Of a DNA stretch of 23,098 bases, positions 1-9,436 are shown in pieces. Origin of the DNA: Promethearchaeota archaeon (GTDB lineage: Archaea; Asgardarchaeota; Lokiarchaeia; Sigyniarchaeales; SOKP01). The position numbers and the translations under genes were made by a program. Position 1 is the first letter of the stretch, and each line of letters starts with the position of its first letter. Location: NCBI GenBank assembly GCA_029838195.1, contig JALGVJ010000049.1:1-23098 (forward strand), given 5' to 3'. The notes beneath the pieces were generated by a model. It had not been told where the DNA came from. It was given only the letters and a program-made list of their open reading frames with translations, and ran no database searches.

Positions 1-190
1 CGTCAAATTCCCTGTATTGCTTGCTTCTTGCCCGACCAATAGCGCTTATTTCCCGCATGGCAGCGCTTAATTGGTTTCTTAGCTGTCTTATTACTTCTTC
101 AGAATATTGGAAGACTATATCCGATGCCGGCTCGTCCAGTTCACAATTTTTCGATTCATTAATATATAATGGATCGTCATGTTTTTTCAA
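1..190 (-). CDS. Possible 5' part of a hypothetical protein running off the left edge
   Basis: Manual translation of the minus strand gives an open frame from a TTG at 190 to the edge (LKKHDDPLYINESKNCELDEPASDIVFQYSEEVIRQLRNQLSAAMREISAIGRARSKQYREFD). It looks protein-like, but I recognise no family and the start is uncertain. Confidence 0.4.
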   Translation of the reverse strand, partial: MKKHDDPLYINESKNCELDEPASDIVFQYSEEVIRQLRNQLSAAMREISAIGRARSKQYREFD

Positions 191-399
191 CTTTTTGGTG
201 GTTTTGTCGCCAATCTTAGAGCTGGAGCGTGGTAACTGAGATTAATTTGCTACCTTATATTTTTTTTTGATTTTTTCATGTTAAATGCAGCCGTTTTAAA
301 AGAAGAATTAATATCAATTCCCATGTTAATCCTTAATGTTGCTAAATTTCTTTAGAAATTATCCTCACATCTTCAATACTCATACTAGTACTTGTAGGG

Positions 400-1377
400 G
401 TGTCTTCAATGAAATTCTATAATATAATTAAGATGGAGAATTATGAGGTTTTTTTGCCCGAAAAATGTCATTTTAGCATCGGGACCTCTCCGTATTATTC
501 TCATCAAAATGCCTTGGCAATAGATATTTATCAGCATTTATTCTTAGAAAATGTCGAAGCAGTAAGTCCCGTTGCCGGAAAAGTGATCAAAACTAAGCCA
601 CTAATTGCTCCTAAACCTCGATTTCAAGGGGGTATTAATAAAGATTTTCTCATATTGATTAAAAATGAACAAGACCCCGCTATTGTTTTTAAAATATTGC
701 ACGTTCAACCAAAAATAAAAGAAGGAGAAAAAATCAATGTAGGGGATTATTTAGGAGATACCATTCGTAATGGATATTTTGCTCCGTGGTCTACACCTCA
801 TCTTCACCTTGAAATGAGACCCTTTGAAGATCCTTCTCGAGCAAGAGGAGGAAAAAGGTTCTCTCTAAATATCGATCGAAATTCATTCATGACCTTCAAT
901 TCCGAAAAAACGTTAGAACCGATTCCTTTAGAAATTCAGTGCTCGTGTTCTGAATATTTACTGGCTCGCCTTCCAAGAGATCAATATATCAACTTTAATC
1001 CTATATTTGGCGTTAGAGGAAACATGATGAACGCGCATTGCATGATGGATGGAGGCATTCCAATGTATAAAAATGGCGTTTTCCTTAACAAAGAAGGGCA
1101 CGTTTTCAAAAAAGGAATGAGCATGCATTGGGGACCATTTTGCATAGGTCATGTAAAGGAACTTAAAGGAGAATTTGGTCTGTATGAGTTTAATCCCATG
1201 AAAATGTTCGTCGAAGGTATAGAAATTCGAGGCATCTCCCTTTTTTTTGCTAAATTTGAACCTTTATTAAAAATCATGCCTTTTAATATCTCGGATGGCG
1301 AGCTTGATTATTTCGAGAGATCTAAGGTATTTCTAACAATAAAGAGTAAAACAGAAGAAGAAAATTTTGTGAAATAA
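400..1377 (+). CDS. Archaeal peptidase M23-like (LytM-fold) protein
   Basis: 325 aa ORF with SPYYSHQNALAIDIY (H...D), SPVAGKV, LHV..KIKEGEKINVGDYLG and PHLHLEMR (HxH), all resembling M23 motifs. No obvious signal peptide. The start could be 400, 409 or 433. Confidence 0.6.
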   Translation: MSSMKFYNIIKMENYEVFLPEKCHFSIGTSPYYSHQNALAIDIYQHLFLENVEAVSPVAGKVIKTKPLIAPKPRFQGGINKDFLILIKNEQDPAIVFKILHVQPKIKEGEKINVGDYLGDTIRNGYFAPWSTPHLHLEMRPFEDPSRARGGKRFSLNIDRNSFMTFNSEKTLEPIPLEIQCSCSEYLLARLPRDQYINFNPIFGVRGNMMNAHCMMDGGIPMYKNGVFLNKEGHVFKKGMSMHWGPFCIGHVKELKGEFGLYEFNPMKMFVEGIEIRGISLFFAKFEPLLKIMPFNISDGELDYFERSKVFLTIKSKTEEENFVK

Positions 1378-1394
1378 AAAAGCGTTAGGAGAGA

Positions 1395-1675
1395 AATAAG
1401 GATCTCATCGCCGGGATTGGTGAGGGTATAAATTACGTTGAAAAAAGCAAGGGATGTACCTGTTATAACCAGGATTTCCGTTTGAGGATTATATCTTGTT
1501 CCTCCTTTTTTATCTCAGAAAACCAATGGGAAATTATTTTAAAAGGAGTATCAACCTCCGGTTCTCCAAGTTCCAGGTGAATGACTTTATTTCCTTGCTT
1601 TTCTAGTTCTAAAACACGTGCTAAAATTTGCATGACCATTAAAGATTTAATCTGCTCTACCCTCTTAGAGTACAT
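1395..1675 (-). pseudogene. Remnant of a class I/II PLP-dependent aminotransferase (N-terminal part only)
   Basis: MYSKRVEQIKSLMVMQILARVLELEKQGNKVIHLELGEPEVDTP is a typical AspAT-family N-terminus. After a frameshift near the T6 run at 1506-1511, another frame reads YNPQTEILVITGTSLAFFNVIYTLTNPGDEILI. The segment normally carrying the HYT..G..ELR motif is missing, and there is no room for the PLP-lysine half. Confidence 0.85.
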
Positions 1676-1785
1676 TATTCAATCTCCACTTTCATGATGT
1701 AAAAGTTTAAATAAAAGAAGGAAGCTCTCTTTTCTTTTAAAAACGCAAAAGTAAAATTTGATTCATGGTTTAATATGTCTTGAAG

Positions 1786-2940
1786 TTATAAATTCAATGG
1801 ATACTTTCCATATGACAATCCGGCCTCAACCATCCATTTTATTCTCTCCAAGGACATTTTGGGATGTAAATTCGAAGGGGAAAGCATGAATCCTCCCCCC
1901 TTTCCCATTGCCTTAATAGCACTTTTAACCGCTTCTTGAACCTCTTCCCGTGAGGCCTCGACTAACACATATTTCGTGTCAATGTTCCCAATTAGGCAGA
2001 TTTTATCCCCTATTTTTTTTTTAACATGTTTAGGATTAACAAAAGGTAATTCTAAGCATTGCAATCCATCGAATCCGGAATTCACGATAAAATCTAAAAG
2101 TAAATTAATATCCCCATCCGTATGCAATATGTATTTACCATTCCAATCATGAATTTCTTGTGCAACTTGTTGATAACAAGGGAGTAGGAATTTATTAAAT
2201 TGTTTGGGGCTCAAAAAAGGACCTCCAGAATGAGCGATATCACCTCCTTCCATGAAAATTGTTGCTCCACATTCTTTATATGCTTTAAATACGGTTAATG
2301 CAAATTCCGTGTTAAATTCAAGTCGTTCTTTTATCAACTGAGGATCTCGTTTTAACGCCCGCGCAAAATAGGTAATTCCCATACCTTGCCACGCGGGAGG
2401 AAAAATTGAAGCAAGACTATCTTGTGCCACAACAACAATATCATTATTGATTTTTTTAACATGACGTAATAAACTACTAAAAAATTTTTTTGCATTTCTA
2501 TAGATCTCTTTAAAATCTGGCTTTGGATACGATTCCCAATCTTTTCTGTCTTTTATTAACCCTCCAAAATAATCTGGATAGACGTTGCCATTTATATTTT
2601 TTATTTTTTGCCTTTTTCCAAAAATATCAATCATTTCCTCTTCATTTCGCATTATTAACGGGATATATCCTGCACTACAAGCATCAAAACCTAAAATCGA
2701 TGCGGCTTCTATCACTTTTGAAAATGTTAACACCTCAAGTTGCGGCATGATTCTATTTAATTCTTCTTTCCACCCCTCGGGATTTTTTTCCATGACTTGA
2801 TTCAAAATATTAAATGTATTGGCCGCGGGTTTATTTAGCGCTTCATCCGCTAAATTACCATCAAATCCTGGTGTAAAAAGAGGAACTCTATCTGGTTCTT
2901 CTAAATTTAATGCTAAACTAACACGTTCTTGACTATTCAT
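1786..2940 (-). CDS. Uroporphyrinogen decarboxylase (URO-D)/MtaA-CmuA superfamily protein
   Basis: Motifs MNSQERV..AL..EEPDRVP, GGDIAHSGGPFLSP..F..F..P.Y, ILHTDG, CLIGNID and GGGFMLSPS are characteristic of the superfamily. It lacks the HemE RQAGR motif. Confidence 0.85.
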   Translation of the reverse strand: MNSQERVSLALNLEEPDRVPLFTPGFDGNLADEALNKPAANTFNILNQVMEKNPEGWKEELNRIMPQLEVLTFSKVIEAASILGFDACSAGYIPLIMRNEEEMIDIFGKRQKIKNINGNVYPDYFGGLIKDRKDWESYPKPDFKEIYRNAKKFFSSLLRHVKKINNDIVVVAQDSLASIFPPAWQGMGITYFARALKRDPQLIKERLEFNTEFALTVFKAYKECGATIFMEGGDIAHSGGPFLSPKQFNKFLLPCYQQVAQEIHDWNGKYILHTDGDINLLLDFIVNSGFDGLQCLELPFVNPKHVKKKIGDKICLIGNIDTKYVLVEASREEVQEAVKSAIKAMGKGGGFMLSPSNLHPKMSLERIKWMVEAGLSYGKYPLNL

Positions 2941-3267
2941 ATTTATAAGATTCGAATAATATTCTTTATTTTAATTAAATCATGATATATATTATTTAAT
3001 ACGTTTTTAGTTTAAATCTTTTTTAAATTAATCTATGGACTCTTATCATGTAAAATAACCATGGACATATTTCTATTTCTAATGAAAAATTCATTTCTTA
3101 TCTCTTTTTAACGCTAATGTGAGGAGATCACGTGTTTGCGTTAATTTATACTAAGTTAGAAAAAACCGAGTAAATTTTCTGTTAAAAACCTGATGATTTA
3201 AAAGAATAAAAAAATATTAAAATTCTTTATCTCTTCGTTATTTATTCCCTTGATTTTTAATAAAACA

Positions 3268-3273
3268 AGGAGG
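3268..3273 (+). promoter_or_regulatory. Shine-Dalgarno-like site for the Zn-dehydrogenase gene
   Basis: AGGAGG lies 9 nt upstream of the in-frame ATG at 3283. Confidence 0.6.
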
Positions 3274-3282
3274 AAACACCGC

Positions 3283-4293
3283 ATGATGAAAGCCGTTATT
3301 TATACTGGAAAAGAAATAAGATTGAAAAATGTACCCGTTCCTGAAATTAGTGAATTCCAAGTTTTAATTAAAGTAAAAGCTGTAGGAATCTGTGGTACGG
3401 ATTTGGCCATCATTAAAGGCCATCTCCCGGTAAAACCACCGATAATCTTAGGTCATGAATTTGCCGGGGAAGTAATAAAAGTGGGCAAATCGGTTGACCC
3501 TTCATGGGAGAATAAACGCGTGACTTCTGAAATAAATACTAATATAGATTTTACGTGTTTTTATTGCCAAAAGAAGTTGTATACTCAATGTATTTCGCGT
3601 AAGGCAATTGGCATCGATGTTGATGGGGCTCTTGCGGAATACATTGCCGTGGAGGATTATTTACTTCATGAGATTCCAGATTGCCTGACATTCGAAGAAG
3701 CCACCTTCATAGAGCCTTTAGCGGCGGCTTATCAAACCTTTGAAATGATGCCTCTTGATCCAAGTGATAAAATAATGGCAATTTTCGGATTGGGGAAATT
3801 AGGATTGCTCATCTTACAAGTAGCCAAATCGAAAGGACTTGAGATAATAGCGGTGGATGGCTCGGAAAAGAAGCTCGAATTAGCCAGGAACTTCAATGCC
3901 GATCATTGCATTAACAGGCATGAGGAAAAATCCTTGCCCGATAAAATAAAGGAATTGACTAATGATTTAGGAGCTGATGTAGTCGTGGATGCTACGGGAA
4001 ATCCAAATGTCTTGAATGATATTATCGCCTCTTGCAGAACACGTGGAAAAGTTCATGTAAAAAGCACTCACGGGTTAGCTACTCCCATTAATCTTACAGA
4101 TATCGTTGTGAGAGAGCTCACTCTTTATTCTAGTCGATGTGGTCCGTTTGACAAAGCTATTGAAGGGTTAAATTCCGGGCAAATAAAGGTTAAAAAATTA
4201 ATTTCTGCCGTCTTTAATTTAGAAGATATTGAACAAGCGATTTCCTCTCTTGAAAAAAGTAGAGATAACGTGAAAACAATTATAAAATTATAA
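3283..4293 (+). CDS. Zinc-dependent alcohol dehydrogenase (MDR, threonine/sorbitol dehydrogenase-like)
   Basis: Catalytic Zn motifs GICGTD and LGHE; structural Zn region DFTCFYCQKKLYTQC; EPLAAA; Rossmann motif IFGLGKLG. Start moved from the TTG at 3250 to the ATG at 3283 because of the SD site and the MKAV family start. Confidence 0.92.
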   Translation: MMKAVIYTGKEIRLKNVPVPEISEFQVLIKVKAVGICGTDLAIIKGHLPVKPPIILGHEFAGEVIKVGKSVDPSWENKRVTSEINTNIDFTCFYCQKKLYTQCISRKAIGIDVDGALAEYIAVEDYLLHEIPDCLTFEEATFIEPLAAAYQTFEMMPLDPSDKIMAIFGLGKLGLLILQVAKSKGLEIIAVDGSEKKLELARNFNADHCINRHEEKSLPDKIKELTNDLGADVVVDATGNPNVLNDIIASCRTRGKVHVKSTHGLATPINLTDIVVRELTLYSSRCGPFDKAIEGLNSGQIKVKKLISAVFNLEDIEQAISSLEKSRDNVKTIIKL

Positions 4294-4310
4294 AAGAAAT
4301 AGAAAAACGA

Positions 4311-5537
4311 TTAAATTCGTTCTAAAATCGTTGCAACACCTTGACCTCCTCCTACGCAAGCTGTTGCTAAACCATATTTTCCATTTTTTTCCTGTAAGAT
4401 TCTTGCTAACGTACCGACTAATCTAACACCTGTCATTCCTAGAGGATGGCCTAATGCAATTGCTCCACCCTTCACGTTTATTTTCTCTTCGGGGATTTGT
4501 AAGACTTTCATTGCATATAATGGAACAATGGCGAATGCCTCATTTATTTCCCAAAAATCTATATCATTAATATTCAATCCCGTTCGGTTTAAAGCCTTTT
4601 TGCTTGCGGGAACCGGCCCCGTTCCCATTACACCCGGATTCACTCCCGCCCATGCCATGGCTTTTATTTTTGCTAAAGGTTTTATCCCCAATTCTTGAGC
4701 TTTCCTCTCTGCCATGAGCACGCAACATCCAGCTCCGGCATTTAGCGGAGAGCTATTTCCTGCCGTGATTTGGGGCTCCGCATCAATCCCTTGCGATACT
4801 ACCTTTAATTTTTTCATGATTTCTATGGTCGATCCTTCTCTAATAGATTGATCATGCTTAATTAATTGTTTTGTTCCATCGGGGAGAGTACATTTAATGG
4901 GCAGTATTTCTCCATCAAAAAATCCCTCATCTCGTGCTTTTATCGCTTTTTCATGCGATTTCAAACTAAATCGATCCATGTCTTCTCGTGAAATGTCTTT
5001 ACGATTTTGCTCCCATAATTTTTGAGCCGTCTGAATCATTGAAAACCCCGTCTTCAAGTCGTATTTCACGTGATTAGGATATCGTTTTTCATCCCCTAAT
5101 TCAATCCGCTTTTGGGTTAATTCGGTGCCACGAGGGATTCTCGTCATGTGCTCCATTCCTGCGGCTAAGACAATTTCAGAATTCCCGGTCATGATTTCCA
5201 TTGCTCCCACGTGGACGCTTGACATGCTACTTCCACATTGCCGATCGAGTGCTAATGCTGCTACGGTTTCTGGCAATTCCGATAAAAATACAGCATGACG
5301 TCCTCCGTAAAGAAAGTTTTCTTTTACTTGATTTGCGCATCCAACAATGAGTTCATCAATTTCGTTCACATCAAATTTCGCTCTTTCCATTATTTTTTTA
5401 ATGACTTGAGCTAATAAATGGTCAGCAGGAATTTCATGAAAAACATCCCGCTCTGGTTGGTCAGGCCTGCTGCGAGATATGGGTGTACGCAAGTAATCTA
5501 TAATGACAACCTCATTAAATTTTTCCATTAGATCCAA
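4311..5537 (-). CDS. Acetyl-CoA C-acyltransferase (thiolase)
   Basis: RQCGSS (nucleophilic Cys), EINEAFA, GAIALGHPLG and CVGGGQG form the complete thiolase catalytic set. Confidence 0.96.
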   Translation of the reverse strand: MDLMEKFNEVVIIDYLRTPISRSRPDQPERDVFHEIPADHLLAQVIKKIMERAKFDVNEIDELIVGCANQVKENFLYGGRHAVFLSELPETVAALALDRQCGSSMSSVHVGAMEIMTGNSEIVLAAGMEHMTRIPRGTELTQKRIELGDEKRYPNHVKYDLKTGFSMIQTAQKLWEQNRKDISREDMDRFSLKSHEKAIKARDEGFFDGEILPIKCTLPDGTKQLIKHDQSIREGSTIEIMKKLKVVSQGIDAEPQITAGNSSPLNAGAGCCVLMAERKAQELGIKPLAKIKAMAWAGVNPGVMGTGPVPASKKALNRTGLNINDIDFWEINEAFAIVPLYAMKVLQIPEEKINVKGGAIALGHPLGMTGVRLVGTLARILQEKNGKYGLATACVGGGQGVATILERI

Positions 5538-5797
5538 CCTATTTTAAAGGATTATTTTCTTTTTACAAATATTTCTATTAATTTCACATTATCATGTAAA
5601 ATTTCTTTTTTTTGAAAATATTTTTGAATTTAACTCACTTATCAATAAATTGCTTTTTTATTCGCAATTATAAGAATTATATTATCGTGGTATTCATAAT
5701 TTTTTAAATTAAGACATTAATATACGAACATGAGTAAAAAATCAGAAAATTAAACAATAAATATATTTCATGAATATATTAGGGGAGTTGAGATTAC

Positions 5798-7291
5798 GTG
5801 AGTAATTTAAATAAAGATAACGTCGTGGACTTGTTTTTAAATCCACGCTCCGTGGCGGTGATTGGAGCCTCTAAAAATCCAATAAAAGGCGGATTTCGAA
5901 TCGTGAACAACCTTGTCATTAATAATTTTAATGGTAAGGTGTTTCCCATTAATCCTAATGCAAGGGGCTCTGTTGCTGGATTGAAATTTAAGAAATCCGT
6001 ATTGGAAATTGAAGAAGAAGTCGATTTAGCCATATTTTATGTTCCTAACAGGGTAATTCCGGGAGTGCTAAAGGAGTGCGTAGAAAAAGGAATAAAAGGG
6101 GCAATAATCGAAGCTTCAGGATTTGAGGAAGTGGGAGAAGAAGGTTTAAAATTACGAGATGAAATCATTAAAATCACGGAAAATTTTACTAAGATGCGAA
6201 TAGTGGGACCGAATTGCATGGGCCTTACACGAATTGATAAGAGTAGCAATGAAGGGGATAAAGGCGGATTCTTTTCCAGTTTTGGGCTATTTTCAGAGTA
6301 TAAAAGGGGAAATATAGCCATAATCAGTCAATCCGGGATGCTTAATGGAGGATATTTAGTCTTTTTATTTTCCAAATATCCCGATCTTGGAATTCGATAT
6401 TCGTGTTCTATTGGGAATAAAATGGATTTAAGTGAAATAGAATTTCTTGAATATTTCCTCGAGGATCCTACGGTAAATGTAATAACAATTTATTTGGAAT
6501 CATTTAAAGATCCCAGAAAATTCATTAACTTGGCAAGAAAAACACGATCTCTCCCTAATAAGACCCTCATTTTATTAAAAGGCGGAATTACTTCTCAAGG
6601 ACAAAAAGCAGCTTTAAGCCATACGGCGGCTCTCTCCGAAAATTCTAAATTAATAGAAGCTATCATCAAGCAAGCGGGAGTCATACAAGCACGTAGTTTC
6701 CATGAATTATTCCAGTTAGCGCGCACTTTTTCCATGATATATAATTCTAATAAAACATTGCCCAAAAATGGCAACGTGTCCATGATTACTGGAACGGGCG
6801 GTGGTGGAACAGTAACTGCTGATCTCGCCAAGCAATATGGTTTGAATTTTCCTAAAATGAGCGATGCTACATATTCTGAATTAGTTTCCGTGTTTCCCGA
6901 ATGGATGCCCCCTAATCGATTTGCTCTTGTTGATCTATGGCCTGCCATGGAAAAAGCAGCCATGAATAACATCCCTCCTCCAAAAATTTCGGGAAAGGTA
7001 TTTAATGCGTTAATGAATGATGATGCAATTCAAGGCCTTTTTAACATGCTTTTTTGCTCAAGTAAATTTAAATGGATGGTGGATGTAGATCTAATGCTTC
7101 AACATGTAACTAATACAAAGAAACCCACATTTTTTTGGTTAATAGGAGAAAATGATGAAGTAATGCGGCTTACTCGGTTATTTAATGAAAATAACATTCC
7201 CGCTTTTACGGATCTTCATGAAATGGTAAGAATGTATAAAGCGTTAGTAGAAGAAGCTAAAAATAAAAGTATGAATGAACACGCAAACTAA
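5798..7291 (+). CDS. ADP-forming acyl-CoA synthetase alpha-type subunit (CoA-binding protein)
   Basis: NPRSVAVIGAS, SGFEEVG, RIVGPNCMG, SQSG, GNKMD, YLES and ALSHT (phospho-His). No ATP-grasp (beta) domain. GTG start. Confidence 0.9.
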   Translation: MSNLNKDNVVDLFLNPRSVAVIGASKNPIKGGFRIVNNLVINNFNGKVFPINPNARGSVAGLKFKKSVLEIEEEVDLAIFYVPNRVIPGVLKECVEKGIKGAIIEASGFEEVGEEGLKLRDEIIKITENFTKMRIVGPNCMGLTRIDKSSNEGDKGGFFSSFGLFSEYKRGNIAIISQSGMLNGGYLVFLFSKYPDLGIRYSCSIGNKMDLSEIEFLEYFLEDPTVNVITIYLESFKDPRKFINLARKTRSLPNKTLILLKGGITSQGQKAALSHTAALSENSKLIEAIIKQAGVIQARSFHELFQLARTFSMIYNSNKTLPKNGNVSMITGTGGGGTVTADLAKQYGLNFPKMSDATYSELVSVFPEWMPPNRFALVDLWPAMEKAAMNNIPPPKISGKVFNALMNDDAIQGLFNMLFCSSKFKWMVDVDLMLQHVTNTKKPTFFWLIGENDEVMRLTRLFNENNIPAFTDLHEMVRMYKALVEEAKNKSMNEHAN

Positions 7292-7368
7292 TCTTTCCAT
7301 GCTTTAATTTTTCCTTTAATTTTAGCAATTTAAAATGTTAAAGATAACTTTAGTTTAGTCATGTTTTG

Positions 7369-8160
7369 TTATTTTCCAATAAATTTAGGCGGTTTTTTCT
7401 CAATCATCGCGAATACCCCAATTTTGAAATCTTCGGATTCTGCTGATTGTATTTGCATTTGTCGCTCTTTTTCCAAGTGCTCTTCTAACGGCTTACTTAA
7501 CGCATCAAAGAATAACCTTTTTGTCCTCGCATAGGTTAAAGTGGGACCTTCAGCAAATTTTTTGGCCCATTCAAAAGCACTTTCCTCTAATTTTTCTTCA
7601 GGTACGATGTAATTAACGAAACCTAACTCCTTCATGTCTTGAGCGGAATACGTTTCCCCAAAAAAAGCCATTTCTACAGCTTGTTGCCAAGTAAGTTGGC
7701 GGCTTAAGAGAATCGTTCCAGCAAAACCAGGAATTAAGGCTAACTTGCAAAAGGATTGTCTAAATCGGGCATTCTCACTGGCAATAATAAAATCGCACGA
7801 TAAAGCCAAATTCATGCCGGCACCAACTGCCCAGCCGTTAACTGCAGCTATTACGGGTTTGGGATACATGCGAAGAATTTTTGCTATTTTATAGAGATCT
7901 TGTAATAATTCATCCATGACTTTACCGGGTTTTCCTTGTTCAATGCTTTCCTTGAACTCTTTAATATTTCCACCCGCAGAAAAAGCTTTCCCCACGCCCG
8001 TGATGAGAAGAGCTCGAATCTCACTCTTATTTTCTAATTCTTGTAGATGTTGTAGCAATTCTCGTGCCATGTCTTTCCCTAAAGCATTTAGGTTCTCTGG
8101 ATCTACTAATTTAATAGTAGCTATATCATTTTCAATGATTAATTTTGTTTTTTCTTTCAT
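7369..8160 (-). CDS. Enoyl-CoA hydratase/isomerase (crotonase) family protein, PaaG-like
   Basis: PENLNAL, AFSAGGNI, PKPVIAAVNGWAVGAG..LALSCD and C-terminal KKPPKFIGK. The start is probably the ATG at 8160 rather than the GTG at 8178. Confidence 0.92.
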   Translation of the reverse strand: MKEKTKLIIENDIATIKLVDPENLNALGKDMARELLQHLQELENKSEIRALLITGVGKAFSAGGNIKEFKESIEQGKPGKVMDELLQDLYKIAKILRMYPKPVIAAVNGWAVGAGMNLALSCDFIIASENARFRQSFCKLALIPGFAGTILLSRQLTWQQAVEMAFFGETYSAQDMKELGFVNYIVPEEKLEESAFEWAKKFAEGPTLTYARTKRLFFDALSKPLEEHLEKERQMQIQSAESEDFKIGVFAMIEKKPPKFIGK

Positions 8161-8209
8161 TTTCTTTCCTCTTTTCACCCTTTTCTAATAAAATCCATGA
8201 TTAAAATAA

Positions 8210-9436
8210 CTATTTGCCCCACATTCTAATCATTTCTCTTGAAATCAGATATCGCATTATCTCTGATGTACCTGCAGAGATTTGACCGATCTTTGCATCT
8301 CTATAATACCTTTCTAAAGGATAATCCTCTGAGTAACCTAACCCTCCAACAACTTGAATGGCATCCTGAGTAATTCGCACAGTTACATCTGCCAACTTGG
8401 CTTTAACTGCTGCCACAGTAGCCCTACAATAATGACCCTCATCAAGCATCCTTGCAATCTGAGCTACTGCTATGCGATTCAACTCAATATCCATGTACAT
8501 TTCACTTAATTTAAAGGAAATCGCTTCGAACGAGTAAAGAGGTCTTTTAAATTGTTCTCTCTTGTGAGCATACCTATAGGCGACTTCAAATGCACTTCTC
8601 GCTAATCCGATGTATTGCGAAGCTGTAAAGGTGCGTTCTCCATCAAGACCAAATAATAATACATCCACACCCGCATTGACTTCATGTAATACGTTTTCCA
8701 CGGGAACTTTACAACTATTAAACCTCAAGTAGGAATTAGGCATTCCTCTTCTTCCCATGTGGTTGTAATCTTTTATCACTTCAAATCCCGGCGTATCCGT
8801 TTCAAAAATAAATGCTGTCATGCCTTGATGAGGTTTTACTTGATCATTAGTAATCGCATACAAGCAGATATAATCCGCAACGCTCCCGTTCGTAATGAAG
8901 CATTTCTCTCCATTCAATATAAAGTAATCACCATCTCTTTTTGCTTTTAGACGCATGCCACCTATAGCATCAGATCCAGCCTGTGGTTCCGTAATGCCGA
9001 TTGCTCCAATCTTAGTTCCGTCTGCAATGCCACTTAAATATTTCTTTTTTTGTTCTGGCGTTCCAAATTCGATGATGGGTCCGGCAAAAAGGCAAGAGGA
9101 AGATCCAAATATGCTGGCTAAAGCGTAGCTATAAGCAGTTAGCTCCTCTCCTAAAATGGTTCGATATAAAATTCCTTTTCCCATACCACCCGCTTCTTTA
9201 GGGATAACCATATTTAAATAAGGCATTTTGCGCAATGTTTTCACGGCTAACTCCTTGTTTCTTTCGCGATCAATTTTTTCTGCAACGGGAGCAACATTAT
9301 TTTCGCACCATTTTCGGACTTCCATCCTGAATTTATTCTCTTCTTCCGAATAATAATATAACCGGTCAGGTATGCAAGAATAGCCAAATTTTACATCCAA
9401 ATCTTCAAAATTTATGTGTCCAACCATTTCGCTCAC
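8210..9436 (-). CDS. Acyl-CoA dehydrogenase, isovaleryl-CoA dehydrogenase-type active site
   Basis: ITEPQAGSD, LNGEKCFITNG, REQFKRP, IQVVGGLGY and ERYYRDAK. It has ISAGTSE (Ala where MCAD has the catalytic Glu) together with GLDGER (Glu on helix G), the arrangement seen in IVD. Confidence 0.93.
   Translation of the reverse strand: MSEMVGHINFEDLDVKFGYSCIPDRLYYYSEEENKFRMEVRKWCENNVAPVAEKIDRERNKELAVKTLRKMPYLNMVIPKEAGGMGKGILYRTILGEELTAYSYALASIFGSSSCLFAGPIIEFGTPEQKKKYLSGIADGTKIGAIGITEPQAGSDAIGGMRLKAKRDGDYFILNGEKCFITNGSVADYICLYAITNDQVKPHQGMTAFIFETDTPGFEVIKDYNHMGRRGMPNSYLRFNSCKVPVENVLHEVNAGVDVLLFGLDGERTFTASQYIGLARSAFEVAYRYAHKREQFKRPLYSFEAISFKLSEMYMDIELNRIAVAQIARMLDEGHYCRATVAAVKAKLADVTVRITQDAIQVVGGLGYSEDYPLERYYRDAKIGQISAGTSEIMRYLISREMIRMWGK

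Noticed and set aside
21-239. 72-aa plus-strand ORF
   Set aside because: Probably the antisense shadow of a more protein-like minus-strand frame; no motif.
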